This document shows positions 46,207-57,795 of a DNA stretch of 57,795 nucleotides, one piece after another. The first letter of the stretch is position 1, and every line of letters begins with the position of its first letter. The notes under the pieces are model-generated. The model was not told the DNA's origin. It did not search any database and saw nothing but the letters and a program-made list of their open reading frames with translations. The translations under genes were made by a program, and so were the position numbers. The DNA is from Carpediemonas membranifera BICM (Eukaryota > Protista > Fornicata), in NCBI GenBank assembly GCA_019828565.1, contig JAHDYR010000054.1, forward strand, positions 1 to 57,795, in the 5' to 3' direction.

Positions 46207-47798
46207 CTTGCGCATGATGGTTTCCAAGACTTCTCGGGGTGACGACCAGTCGAGCTTGGCGAACCTGGAGAGCCTGTCCGCCTGGACGTTCAGGTGTCCG
46301 GCAATATGGAAGCAGTGGACGTCGAGGCGCTTGGTTTCTGCCGTGTTGTAGATGTCCTGTAGGATCTGGTGTGCGGCTGGGGGGAGGTTCGGCGATCCCC
46401 GTCTGTTTACCCAGCTGATGGCAGCTGAGTTGTCGGCAAAGACTGTGAGAGAGGAGCGTGACTCCTGCTGGGGCACGAGATTGATCGCCTGAGCGATCGC
46501 GAAGAGCTCCTTGACGCCAATGTGTTCCCCCTTGAGATGAGGGGGGAAGGCACCCTGTGATGCCGCTCCCTTCTCCCCATTGAACAGGCATGCTCCCCAG
46601 CCGGACGTTGATGCGTCTGAGGTGACAGAAATCTGGAGCGTATCGCGTATTTCCCAGTCCGCTCTTGCTTCGGCGAACCTCTTGGATGGGCGATCGCGGA
46701 GGAGGACTTGCCACGCCGCCAGCTGCCTGCGGATTTGGCTGGAGAGGTGGACGGTCTCCGTTGTAGGGGTGGCCTGCAGTGGTCTGAGTGCGAGGCGGGC
46801 GAACTGTGTGGTCCCTGCGAAGAATGACAGACGGCCTAGGAGCTTCTGCCAGTCTGAAGCTGTGATGGACCCGACCCGGAGGGCCTTGGAGATCGTGGCC
46901 GTGTAGGCCTCGGCCTTGTCTTTTGAGATTCTTAGGGACTCGCTTGCGGTGTCTATGTGGACACCTAGGTAGTCTACCTGCTGGGTCGGCGTGAGGACGC
47001 ACTTGTTGAGGCCCGGTATCGCCCCCAGCGATAGCATGAGGTCGATGATCTGCGGGGTGACCGAAGCTAGGTACGATGGGGAGGCATGGGACACTAAGAA
47101 GTCGTCGAGATAGACCGCGATGGTCACCCCGAACCTGTGTGCGATGATCTTTGCAAGCTGTATGGTCGTGCTCTGGAACACGTACGGCGCCGCTGTCCAT
47201 CCGAAGCCGAGTGTGTTGTACCTGAATGCGCGGCCGTCCGGTAGGACCACGCCTAGGAGGGGGGACATACTGTGAAAGTCGGCAGATAATCTACGATTTT
47301 TTCTAGATAATCTAGGGTTTTTAGGCCCTAGATTATCTAGAAAAAATCGTAGATTATCTGCCGACTTTCACAGTATGAGTCTCGCGAGGCGACGCCAAGT
47401 TGGTGGTATCCCGATGCTAGGTCTATCTTGATCATGTAGTCGTTCTTGTGCAGATTGCGGACCGCCCGTCTGATGCCGAACAGACGAAACACCCTCAGCT
47501 CTGCTGTCAACTCGTTCAGGGCTCGGAGGTCGTGCACGGGGCGGACATCGTCTTTGCCCTTCGACACCGCGAACAGGGGTGCGCTGTGACGCAGTTCGTC
47601 TATCGGGCACGGGGAGAGGACGCCCTTGGCGACTAGCTCTTCGATCTTCGGGAGTAGGCGGGGGTCCACTCGCCTTTGCGGTTCTGGTGGAGGGGGCGCA
47701 GAGGTGAGGTGGATAGGGACGCCATCCCGCAGCCAGCTTACTACCTCGGGGGAGGCACCGAGTCTTGCCCACACCGGCCACTTTTTGTTCATTGACGG
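46207..47798 (-). pseudogene. Internal RT/RH fragment of YR family B
   Basis: Near-identical to ~33852-35328; split by the MITE. Confidence 0.92.
47266..47377. mobile_element. 112-bp MITE: perfect 52-bp TIRs, 8-nt loop, apparent 1-bp TSD
   Basis: CATACTGTGAAAG...CTTTCACAGTATG; empty site at 34901-34910 shows only one A duplicated. Confidence 0.93.
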
Positions 47799-48320
47799 CA
47801 TACTGTTAGAATGGCCAGTTAATCCGGGGATATACGGAGGATAAACACCCTTTTGCACAAGAAACTGCAAGAAAAAATGAGATTCACCCGTATCTTTTTC
47901 ACTATTTCACACGTTTCACCAACGTTTGTGAAACGTAGAGAAACGTGCGGAAGGTACGGGTAAGTCTCATTTTTGCTTGCATACGACGTGCTAGGGGCAT
48001 TCTTGTGATTCGTAGGTAGGTGCTGATGTTGCATAACCATTCATTGCTTATTCAAAGTGATAATAACGTGCTAGTGGTCTTTAAGTTGCGGTATTACATC
48101 TATAAACATATCTCCTATCTCTTCCAGAACGTGTTGTGTGTCATTCAGCCTCTCATTCACCAACCCCTCGCAATTCAGCCCAGTGATGTGATTTCGTATT
48201 TCTCGAACAGAATCTTGTATCTTGCCGACTTCATGGATGCAACTGGTCATATGATTAAGCCTTTCGTTCGTGGATAACCGTAACATTGTCGTCAACACCT
48301 GCGCAGTTTAAGATGAGAAT

Positions 48321-49546
48321 ATGACGACCAGTGAAACTGCGAAGAAAGCTGAGATTTCGCAGGGCACGTCTTGCGGATCGGATAAGAGAACAGAGTACCG
48401 CCGGCTGTTCGTGACTAGCTTCCTGGAATGCTTTTTCGACGTCGCGGACATCCCAACTATCGGTCTGACGACCTCTGACGTTCATCGCGCTCTCCTTGGC
48501 ATGCAGGATGTGATATCGGGCCTCTGCAACGGCTTTCGCAAGATTGCTATTGCAAACTCCGTCAGGCGCACGACTACTGAGCCCATTCAGGCATTTGTGG
48601 CAAGTAGAAAGGGTGGCACAGAGCTCATTGGCACAAAGAAAAAATACCCTACCTGGTTGTCAGAGACAGAGCAAATGCAGCTGAACACTTGCAGGAGTTT
48701 AGAAACAGGATGTCTGTGCTGTTTCGGGGACTTGGACTCCACGATGTCTCCAGTCTGATCACTTGCACCGGCATTCAATGGCCTCCAGCCGTTGTAATCA
48801 GGATCAAGCATCGCAAGCTCCAGCCTGAGCCACGTACCCCAGCAGAAACACCCGCAGAGACACCCACAAAGACTCCAGTGACAACATTGGTACCAAAGCT
48901 CAGAAAAAGAGCTGACTTGGCTACCATCAAGCCTGATTCCCCCGTCAAGAAGCTTAATTTTGATGCGCAGATGCATGAGCCTGCTCAGAAGCGATCGAGG
49001 CTCGAAGAGGCTGACTTGAAGGAGGTTGCCGCGATGGTGACGGCTTCACTCTCCACAACTGTCACTGATCTCCTCAAGCAGTCACCCAAGGCCGTTGAAA
49101 TGAACGATAAGGTCCCCGCCCTCAAGCAAGCGACGTTTCTGAAGCTATATCAGCGTAAGTTACTGTTCGCATGCGCTGTTTGTGCCTCACCTGAATGGTA
49201 CTTCAACCCAAACATGAAAAGAAACGAGTATGAAACGTGCTATCTCTGCCATCAGTTCATGCATCTTCAGTGTGTCAGAGAGAAGAGGATTGATGGTAAG
49301 AACAGAAAGGTTTGCGCAGCTTGCAGTCTGGCAGGAAGGTCTAACAGATGTCACGCGTGTATCAAGGACGGAGACAAGTCGACAAAGGACACTGGCGTCT
49401 GCCGGGCGTGCCTAAACTGGTTCTGCGAAGAGAAACACTTCAGCTATGCTGAGTTCCATCTCGACGGCCAGGACTATCGTGTCAGGTTCTGCGACCAGTG
49501 TATGACTGTCTACCAGAAGGTGGCGGATATGAAGCCAATTGAGTAA
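48321..49546 (+). CDS. PHD plus Zn-finger protein, probably spliced (intron ~48655-48694)
   Basis: CAVC...CYLCHQFMHLQC...CAAC and CRACLNWFCEEKH...CDQC. Confidence 0.7.
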
Positions 49547-49570
49547 GTTAAATAGGGAGATTTTTGAACT

Positions 49571-50669
49571 TTAAGTGTCTTCCAGTGCCGCTCTGTGCGC
49601 AACTGTCATCTCAGTAATGTAGCGCGAGGCCATAACATCCGCCGGAGATCTCTGCAGTGGTCTATATGCAAGTACCTCAGAAACAAGGTCGACCATCTCG
49701 GGAAGAGGGATTGGCGTGCGGAACTGAGTGGCTGTGAGGATCTCAATCGCGCCCGGGGTTATGGACATTGATCCATTCGCGATAACCCGTCTCCCCTGCT
49801 GTGCCAGGTGCGAGCCCATAGCCGGAGAAGTAACGCGAGACGAAGTGGAGCGGGTTGTCCATGCATGTAGTGCGGTAGAGCCAAAAGCAGTCCTGCAGGA
49901 CGAGTTCGTTGGCAAGCATTTTCTCCGGAGTGAGAATGATGCACGTATGCTCGTATGCCTGGGTCGAAATGGACTGCTTAAGCAGAGAGAACTCGCTATT
50001 GTCCGCTCCGGTACAGGTGGCGAAGTAGATGAGCCGAACCCGGCTGGTGGTGACGAGGGATGGCTCACGGAAAGCGAAGAGGATCATCTGTACGATATCG
50101 TGAAGGTACAGGAACTCGTTAGCGCTCGCATTAACGATCATTCTCGACGTTGTGGTCTCGCTGTGGCCAGAAACAACCCAGAATGTCTCGAAATTGGCGA
50201 ATTCTGCAGCCAACTGTTGCAGTATGGAGCCGAGGTGGGTCGTCGAGACGAAACTGACGGCAACCGTGGTGAGCCACTCGTCGCTGACGAGATCGAGGAT
50301 GGCCTTCATGCGCTTGTGGTACCCCTCGGAGCCAGCAAGCCCGGTGACAGTGAAGACCGGGTTCGCACAAGTAGGTGCTTCGAAGCCATGGACTGGCTCG
50401 AGCAGGATAACGATGCGGCGGTTCACAAGCTTGCTCAGGGTGAAGGGGCAGTCATGCGTGTACCTGATTCCGTCATATTCCTTCAGGCCCTGGTTGCGAA
50501 GGTCAGAACGCGGCCTAGTGATTCCACAGACGCATTCATACGTGAGAGGATGGTCGCTGATGCGTCTGGTACCGAATTTGCCAAATTTCCTCTCCATTTG
50601 GCAACTACCACTTTTTTTCCAACACTGGTAGTTGGCCGAACCAGCTATAGGGAAGGATATGGACCACAA
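49571..50669 (-). CDS. Caspase/hemoglobinase-fold-like protease
   Basis: ECVCG, ILLEP, FWVVSGHS, LIYFATC; paralog of 7587-9192; C-terminus shifts into the 49571 frame. Confidence 0.6.
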
Positions 50670-50780
50670 TAAGCAAGAATTCTGGTGTTACAGATAAGAT
50701 ATTGTATGTGTGTCCTTTACGGTGTGAGACGGCCCCATCAATCCCGAGAAATACCGCGTGTCCGTTTGCAAAAAAAATCA

Positions 50781-51593
50781 GATGGCGAGAAGAAAGGCGC
50801 TCCCACCAAAGCCGCAGCCTGGGGGTATCAGAATACCCATTACGTCCACTGCGGGCAAGATGCCGCCGTCTGCGCCTTCAAATGATTCTCAGGAGGATTC
50901 CTCAAGCGAAGATTCCATCATTGAATCCGTTGTGCATACTCAGGCACTGCATCCGGATCTGGTCGCCGCGATCTACCCAAACACTCCCGAGGAGTCGATC
51001 AGGGAGCTTAAAGAGGCCGAGAAGGACCTTCCTCCCCTCGAACCCCCCGAGTTGGTTATCCACCCGGCTGACCCACCCCTCCATTGCCGTTGAGGTGCAG
51101 CCTTGTCTGGCTCCCCGACCACACGGACGTGGGTAGAGGCCTCATTGCAACTGCCGCAATTGAGCCCGGAAAGCTCCTCGGCATTTACGCCGGTAGGATT
51201 GTGTCCGACGAGGACTACCACGCGAATAACAGCAACATGGTGTTTGTTCATTGTTCATTATGCCTTTACACAGCATTTCATTCGACGCTAGCAACATTCA
51301 CGTCGACGCCGGCGAAGGTGAAGGCATTGGTGTACACCTCATCAACCACAGTGAGAGTGACACCAACTGCCAGTTCACCAACCGTTTGCTCAAGGACCTT
51401 CCAGTCCTTGCGGTTGAGTCGACGAACGTCATTCAGGCCGAAGAGTTTCTTCGTATCAGTTACGGCGAGATCTTCTTTTGATGCGGGTGAGGTCTTAACC
51501 ATTGCTAGGTTCCCGAGTCTGCCCATTTCTCATCCAAACTATCTCACAAGGTTCCTGGAGCAGTATCCGGCACTCAAGAAGCGGAAGAAATGA
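50781..51593 (+). CDS. SET-domain protein with short introns and a frame break
   Basis: VGRGLIATAAIEPGKLLGIYAG; 32-nt GT..CAG intron at ~51242-51273; LINHSESDTNC; EEFLRISYGEIFF. Confidence 0.75.
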
Positions 51594-51619
51594 ATTAAAA
51601 TGTCAAAACATCTCTTTTT

Positions 51620-53508
51620 TTACTCGGGAACTCCACGCTTAACGTCCTCGGCATCAACAACTCTCTTTTCGCGATCCTTATCGACTGCCTTGCGCTTGAT
51701 ATAAGTCGTATGAGCCTTTCTCTTACCACCCTTTGAACGTTTGCGGACAAATAGCGTCGCATGCTCATCCTTGACGACCACAATAGCTTGCGCCGCAGCC
51801 ACATCTTCATCAGATCCACGCCGGACCATGCCGGACTCATAAACTTCCGTCAAATGCATCCGCACAATATACTTGTCATGGTACGTCAACATCTTGACCC
51901 AGATAACGACTACAGTCTTGCTCTTCAGAGCTGACCAGGCCATGACACCAAAGTTGCTGTACCAATCAGTGGCATCGTCGAACATCAGGGTGGGCACGAA
52001 CACGTTAGACGTCTCAAGCCTCAGCCTCTCGCCAGCATCGGAGAATCCCCAGGCGCGCACCTCCTCCCTCACTGCTGCCACTTCCTCTGCCGCAAACTTC
52101 TTGTCGAACTCGCCATTCTCAACCTTCTGCAGGCAGTAGCCGATGCACAATCCATCCGGGTTGACTGCAATCTTCCGCCAACTCTTACGATCTTTGAGAA
52201 CTCGCTCGCCTACCTTGTCGTACTCCACGTCGATGTACTTCTGCCTATCAACGTCGCTCCGTAAGTATATCTGCATAGGGGGAACATTGGCAGGCGTCGG
52301 AGAGTGCTGTTTGATGATAGCCTTCATCTCTGGCGACAGACCGAGGTCGAGAGGTGGGACCGTTATGAACTTCTGGCCCCCGTACCTCATCATGGTGCTA
52401 TTGATCCGAGTCCATAAGGCTCCAGTCACATTGTTCCTCTGGAACAGTACCATCAAGGCAGCGAGAGGAACGTAGCGGTCAAGCTCCACTGTTGCCTCCT
52501 CGGCGCGCCTGACAAGCTCAGCCCAGTTGTCCTCGAGTTCATCGGCGAGCGCTTCAAGCCCAGCCTCACTCGCGCGTGCCAACTCTGCTTGAGTAAACTG
52601 ATGGATCGCCTGATCCTCGGCCTTCTGCTGACCTAACTCAGCTTCAAGTCTCTTCTGGGACTCCTCAGACTCTCTGTTAGCCTGTTCAAGCGCCTCCCTC
52701 GCCTCCCTCTCCTCAGCAAGCCGTTTTATCAAGGGGCTCGTACTGCTCCAACAAGCGCACAGACTCAGGGACATCATCAAGGCCTGCAATGGTGTCGTCT
52801 AGCTGCTGAAGGAGAGAACCAACGGTGTCTGTGTCGTCCACATCAGACTCTACGTCGATGTCTTGATCAGTCTGGGGCAAAGGAACGCCGTCACCCCTGC
52901 ATGGCGGCCGGTTCAGAGTGGTCATCAGACTCGGACTCGTCAGTGTCGGAAAATTCATCGTGTGTCGTGGACTCTGCGTCGACAACCGGAAGCGGCTGAG
53001 GGGCAGCAACGACGGCAGAAGGCTTGGTGGCTGCTGCTGAGTGGTCCTGGGCCCGGACTAACTCCTCTTGGACCTTCATCAGAGCAGCAGTCGATGAGGC
53101 GAGCTCCTTCTCAAGACGAGCGATCTTCCTCTTCAGAGGAGCTGACGGATCGAGCGAACCGATCTTAGCCAACTCCTCGGCCAGCTTCTCTGAGCCAGCG
53201 AAGGACAGCTTCTTGCTGAGCTGGGCGTGGGCGATAAACTGGCCAAATTGGCCTGCCGGAACACGAGAATCGAGTTTCTTCGAGTCCTTGTGGCGCAACA
53301 CAAGGTGGAATGCGCGGTAAATCTCAACCTGCTTCTCAACAGGGAGCGAGTCGACGCCGACTAGAGCCTTATGAACAGATTTGGCGGTGAAGTGGTCACA
53401 AAAACTTCCGTCGGAATGCCTCAATTGTGTCGGGAGAGTCAAAGTCGACCTCGCAGAGGTAGTTGCGGTTAGTTGCGTCACATATCGCGCGTAGTTTGGC
53501 AACTCCAT
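51620..53508 (-). CDS. Coiled-coil/acidic protein with C-terminal OTU-like protease (frameshifted)
   Basis: IAVNPDGLCIGYCL...VVVKDEHATLF (D-x-x-C...H). Confidence 0.55.
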
Positions 53509-54082
53509 AGTCGTGAACGTGCTGGCTTAAAGTGCGCTTCAACGGGAACCCGAAAACAACGTTGATCGTACGAATGCTGATCAGACGGACGCAAACGAAG
53601 AACAGAGGGTCATCAGAGACGATGCCGTGATCTTGCAGCCAGGTTATACGGCTCTTTGTGGACGAAAGGGCGTCGTATGCACGGAATGAATCATCTGTGT
53701 AAATAGGACCGTGAAAAATGAAAGTGACATACCAGAATCGTCAGGAGCAAGCATTGTCTCCTTCAGTTTGCCGAGAGAGATGATGTCTTCGTTAACCATT
53801 GTCAATTTGGTCCTCAGAAGACTTTCTCGAAAAATGAAATACGTTTTTATCTCAATAAATATTGCCAGCTGTCATGTAAATACCTCCGATCAGCCATAAA
53901 GACCCAAGAGCTACCCCTTGGCCGATTTTTCAGCTCATTCTGCACCTGCGCTGTTTTGGCCGTTTTTCGATGGGCATCTCATCGCTCCATTTTCGATTTT
54001 GTCAATTTGGTCCTCAGAGGACACAGATTAAATTTTTCAGTGTCCTCTGAGGACAACATTGACAGGATTTGTAGCTTATCCA

Positions 54083-54407
54083 TGGCCAGAAACTGAAATC
54101 GCTGAAAAGCTCAGAGACGTCGTTATATCATCTATAACGGCATCTCTGAGCTTTTTGGGCGCACGGTTTCATCGTGACGTGGAGATCGATGGTGGTGAAA
54201 ATGAAGAATTGACTAGGAGAGCTCTACGCTTGCATGCAGCCTTCTATTAGCTTGTTGATGTTGGTTATATGCTTCTTTTTCGTTCTCGATGCGTGTGGAT
54301 GAGTATTCTGTTGCAAGATTCATTTTGATGGACTGATGTTGGTTATAGAGGATAAAAGGCACCAGAATGGATCATATGCATGCTATAAACCCGTTCTGTG
54401 CCGTTGG
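54083..54407 (+). repeat. Conserved non-coding block, copy 2
   Basis: Near-identical to 4111-4437. Confidence 0.85.
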
Positions 54408-54546
54408 AATACCATAGCTGCGCAGCAATGTCGAGAGTCACAGTTCATTTCACATTTTCACACGCATTTTAAGGAAACAGCGATGGCAAGAAGTAAACAA
54501 GGCAATATACAGGCCACTGAAGCTCAAAAGGAGAGGAGAATGGCTC

Positions 54547-55245
54547 TTGGCAAGAAAGCGCAGCAAAAAGAGCCAGAGCAAGTCCAACAAGTCCACGAAA
54601 ACAGCCCGAAAAGCTCACAAGACGCCCATCGAGATCGTTCAGACCTTTATCAGCAATTTCCTCCTTAATAATGACGATATTACCCGCGCAAACGGATGGG
54701 TTGTCGACTTCAGCCAGAAGTTTGCCGCCGAGGTCCCTAAAATGAAAGTAGCCTCCTTGAAGAAGGACAAGCTCTACGGCAATCTCCAGTCGGTCGAAGA
54801 GATCAGCCGCAAGTGGCAGGGAGGCGGTGATGAGGACAAGCGTCACCGCTTCAAGGCTCTCCTCAGTCTTGACGCCCAGACAGATGAGCTGGACACGGAC
54901 GACCCACTCATCGCGACTGTCCGCGAGATGGATGATGCCTTTCACCGCATTCCCATCGCCTACCGGGCTAAGGTCCATGCCTTCGCTGCTTCATCGTGCG
55001 GTGTGACGGTCGATGATGTCAAGCTCGTCCTGAGCAAGCCTTGCCGTGACCGCGACGCGGATCTCATCTTCGCCAGACCCACCAGAGTTCTGAAGAAGGA
55101 GGCTAAGACACTCAGTCAGCTCACTTCTGTCATTGCCAAGCGGAATGCGGAACGTGCTGAGGCAGAATCGCGTGATGTGCTGCGTCGCAAGGTATACCAA
55201 GCCATCATGAATTACTACTTAGAGTGTTCGGCACAGGAGCTATAA
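54547..55245 (+). CDS. Hypothetical basic-N-terminal helical protein
   Basis: 232-aa ORF with strong codon bias; true ATG probably at 54483 before a frameshift. Confidence 0.55.
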   Translation: MARKRSKKSQSKSNKSTKTARKAHKTPIEIVQTFISNFLLNNDDITRANGWVVDFSQKFAAEVPKMKVASLKKDKLYGNLQSVEEISRKWQGGGDEDKRHRFKALLSLDAQTDELDTDDPLIATVREMDDAFHRIPIAYRAKVHAFAASSCGVTVDDVKLVLSKPCRDRDADLIFARPTRVLKKEAKTLSQLTSVIAKRNAERAEAESRDVLRRKVYQAIMNYYLECSAQEL

Positions 55246-56399
55246 ATTCTTGTTTTATTTTCATTTCATTTACACTTCTTCGTCATCCTCAACGGAAATA
55301 TTCCATTCACTGTCCCAGAAGTTGGCTTTTCTTCTCCTTACGCATCTCGGTCCTCGTTTCCTTGATCTCTTTGACCAGCGTGAAAGAACGAAGGTTGTAA
55401 TGGCGGATAATCATCAACTTCTGCCTGATGCGGGTGACGTTAGGCCGTTTTTGCCGCACGTTCACGGCGCACGGACACACGGGTGCGTTCCCACGAACGA
55501 GTCAACACTCCTCTTGTCGGAAGCAGGCATCCCATGAGCGTGCTGATCAAGTCTATTACCATGGTTGGTCACGCGGATCAACGTAGAGCCTTGCATTATC
55601 ATCCCACAGCACTCTGTCAGGCTCTTGCCGAGGTTGGTCCACTTGTTGGGGCCCATCGTGCCCTCCATCGTGACAATGGCAAGTGGGTTGCCCCCGTGTC
55701 CACCAGCTGCTCGACCTGCGACGGGTCCGATGACTCCTTGAGGCCAAAGGACGCATACATGTCCTGGAGTCGCTTGTCGCACTGCAGTCGGACGAGTTCT
55801 TCGGCAGATGCTATGCTAAGAAGCACCCTCGCGAACCCAAGACCTCTGCAGGAGACGGCTGTCCGTAAGCCGATGACAAACCGCTCCTGGTGCAGTTGTC
55901 CGCTCAGGGTCTGCCCCTCCCTGTACGACTCGCGGAAGAGAAGGCATGCAGCCTTGATGTTGTCCATCTCAACCCCACGAATTGCGATGAGACTGTGTTA
56001 ACAAGAAGTGTAGTGGGTCTGACATACATGACGAATGAATAGTTCAGACAGTCGAGGTTCGAAGTCGCCAGATCTCTGTTGAAGAAGGCCCTGACAGACG
56101 GCAAGAGCTCAGACTTGTCTGAAAGCTTGACATATTGAATATAGGCCTTGTGTTGCGATAAATTCATCGTCAGCCATGTCGGAAGTGGCGTTTCCATTGT
56201 TTTTCACCAAACAAGTGACGTAATGTGAAAAATTGTGAAACTACCAATGTTGGTAAAAAAAAAATTTGGTAGTTGGGGAAACACACCAAAATGGGATGTA
56301 CTGACCAATAAAACTCCTTTTACTCACTACTCAGCGCGTGCATGACCGCAAATGCAGCAAACAAGCTCCCTCACCCATGTCTGCCAACTCGCAAAACCA

Positions 56400-57795
56400 T
56401 CACCCCAGACTCTTCGTCCCATGCCAAAGCCGTATAATCGTTGACGTACTGCCACATCTCGTCAACGAGCTCCTGGAAGAGGCGCACCACCGCCGCCGTG
56501 GCATGGAATTGGTGCCTTGCCTCCATGTGGCTGCGAATGGCGAACCATGAGCGAGCTTGTCTGCAGCATTGGTGGACTCGGACACGACGAAGCCTGTTCA
56601 GCGGGGACTGAGTAGTCCTGGCGACCGAACGAGCGAATACCCGTTAAGAACGTGCAGATGAGGGTGGTCTGCTCGGTCAAACACAGCTTCTCGATCATGG
56701 CCGACCTGTGCAACTCGGCTCGGACCTCCTGGTTCTTGATGAACTCTCTCTCAAAGAACTCCTCGAGGAGGTAAAAAGAGGAATTCGGAGATGATCGTGA
56801 AGAAGAGGCTGGGCAGTGAGCCTGCTGTTGACATAGAGTGTCTGGGCACATGGCTTCTCCGCCTTGTCTGCTTGCCCAGGAGGGAGCAACGCCAGCTTTG
56901 TCTGCGTGCCTGCAGACTGAGCATGACGTGGAACAGGTGGCACATGGACGCGGCCAAGAAGTGGAATGCGACTTTGCTGTCGGTGACAGGCCTCGGTTGA
57001 GTAGTAAAGAGCCTGGAGATAGCCAATGAGTCGCACAATATCTGGACGGACTCAGGAAGAGCCTCGTAATCCTCGTTCGTGGTGTTCGCCATGCGAACTC
57101 TGGCAGCAGACTGCTCGCTGCACCCGACAGTGCGGTCAATACTGCGGTTGGATGACATGCGCTGGAGCTTGCGCTTGTCTACGGCAGTTGCGTTCCGATC
57201 AGCGGGGAAGCTGGCGCATAGCCGTGCCACTTGCTCGAGCAGGCGGTGCGAGTTGTGCATGATCGGAGGACAAAAAGACAACTCGCTCCGTGTGGATGAC
57301 TCGGGGCTCTGGCCGGTTCTCGAAGATGGCCCTCTTGTCGGAGAAGTTGCCATACTCCTCTTTCGGGTCCTGCACACGGTCGGGGTCGGCTCCTGCACGG
57401 CGTGGAACGCTGCCTTCTGCTCGAGCAAATCATGCAAGGTGACCCGAGAGGGCGCCGGAATGGGGTGCAGCGCCTTGTGGTCTCGACGGATGCTGTTGAA
57501 GGGCTGGGGATAGTGCCCTCCATTACCCTCGATGCCGGATGACAGCTTCCTTGATGGCCGCGTGATCGCCCATGACGATGACTTGGTCGAAGGTGGTGAC
57601 CTGGCCGCTCCTCTGATCGGTGGTATGAGGGGCTTGATAGATCCGCTCGACTTCTTCCTCAACGAGTTGAAGGTTTCCTCTCCTCCGTCAGCTCCTTCTC
57701 ACCGGCAAGACACTCCAACGAGTCTTGGAAGGGGGGGAGTGATGCGGTTAGGGAACGTGAAGCCTGACGGGTCGTAGATGCGGATCTTGAACGTT
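56400..57795 (-). pseudogene. Candidate Transib/CMC-like DDE transposase, heavily frameshifted, N-terminus outside window
   Basis: Across frames, in order: VIVMGDHAA (~57570), CPPIMHNSHRL (~57260), TLYVNS...P...LLEEFFEREF (~56840-56745). Confidence 0.35.

Larger units (their letters stand above)
47799..57795. mobile_element. Start of a putative giant cargo-carrying DNA transposon (CATACTGT terminus)
   Basis: YR-B homology stops exactly at CATACTGT; paralogous cargo to the left flank; candidate transposase. Confidence 0.55.

Noticed and set aside
49728-50672. 314-aa plus-strand ORF
   Set aside because: Antisense to the caspase-like gene, which is supported by a paralog.

Overview
Eukaryotic DNA, probably from a protist (22-34 nt GT-AG introns, tRNA without encoded CCA), that is almost entirely mobile elements. 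Many 1-bp indels sit in homopolymers, so some frameshifts may be read or assembly errors. The core (~14-47.8 kb) is a nested retroelement pile around two identical tRNA-Leu(CAG) genes. It holds five families of tyrosine-recombinase (DIRS-order, split-direct-repeat) retroelements, up to four Ty3/gypsy families (one complete, with chromodomain), and an APE-type LINE with OTU-like and DEDDh-exonuclease-like domains. The flanks (1-11560 and 47799-end) look like ends of related, very large DNA elements. They share a CATACTGT terminus with a 112-bp MITE and carry kinase, SET, PHD, caspase-like and OTU cargo; the right flank also holds a candidate Transib/CMC-like transposase. Most striking: (i) three different Ty3 families have a 12-bp perfect palindrome in place of a tRNA primer-binding site, each exactly 9 nt before the gag ATG; (ii) the LINE has an arenavirus-NP/Maelstrom-like exonuclease; (iii) a spliced antisense chromodomain gene lies inside the complete Ty3; (iv) TAAGG telomere-like fillers sit at rearrangement junctions. 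All domain calls are by eye from motifs; no searches were run.
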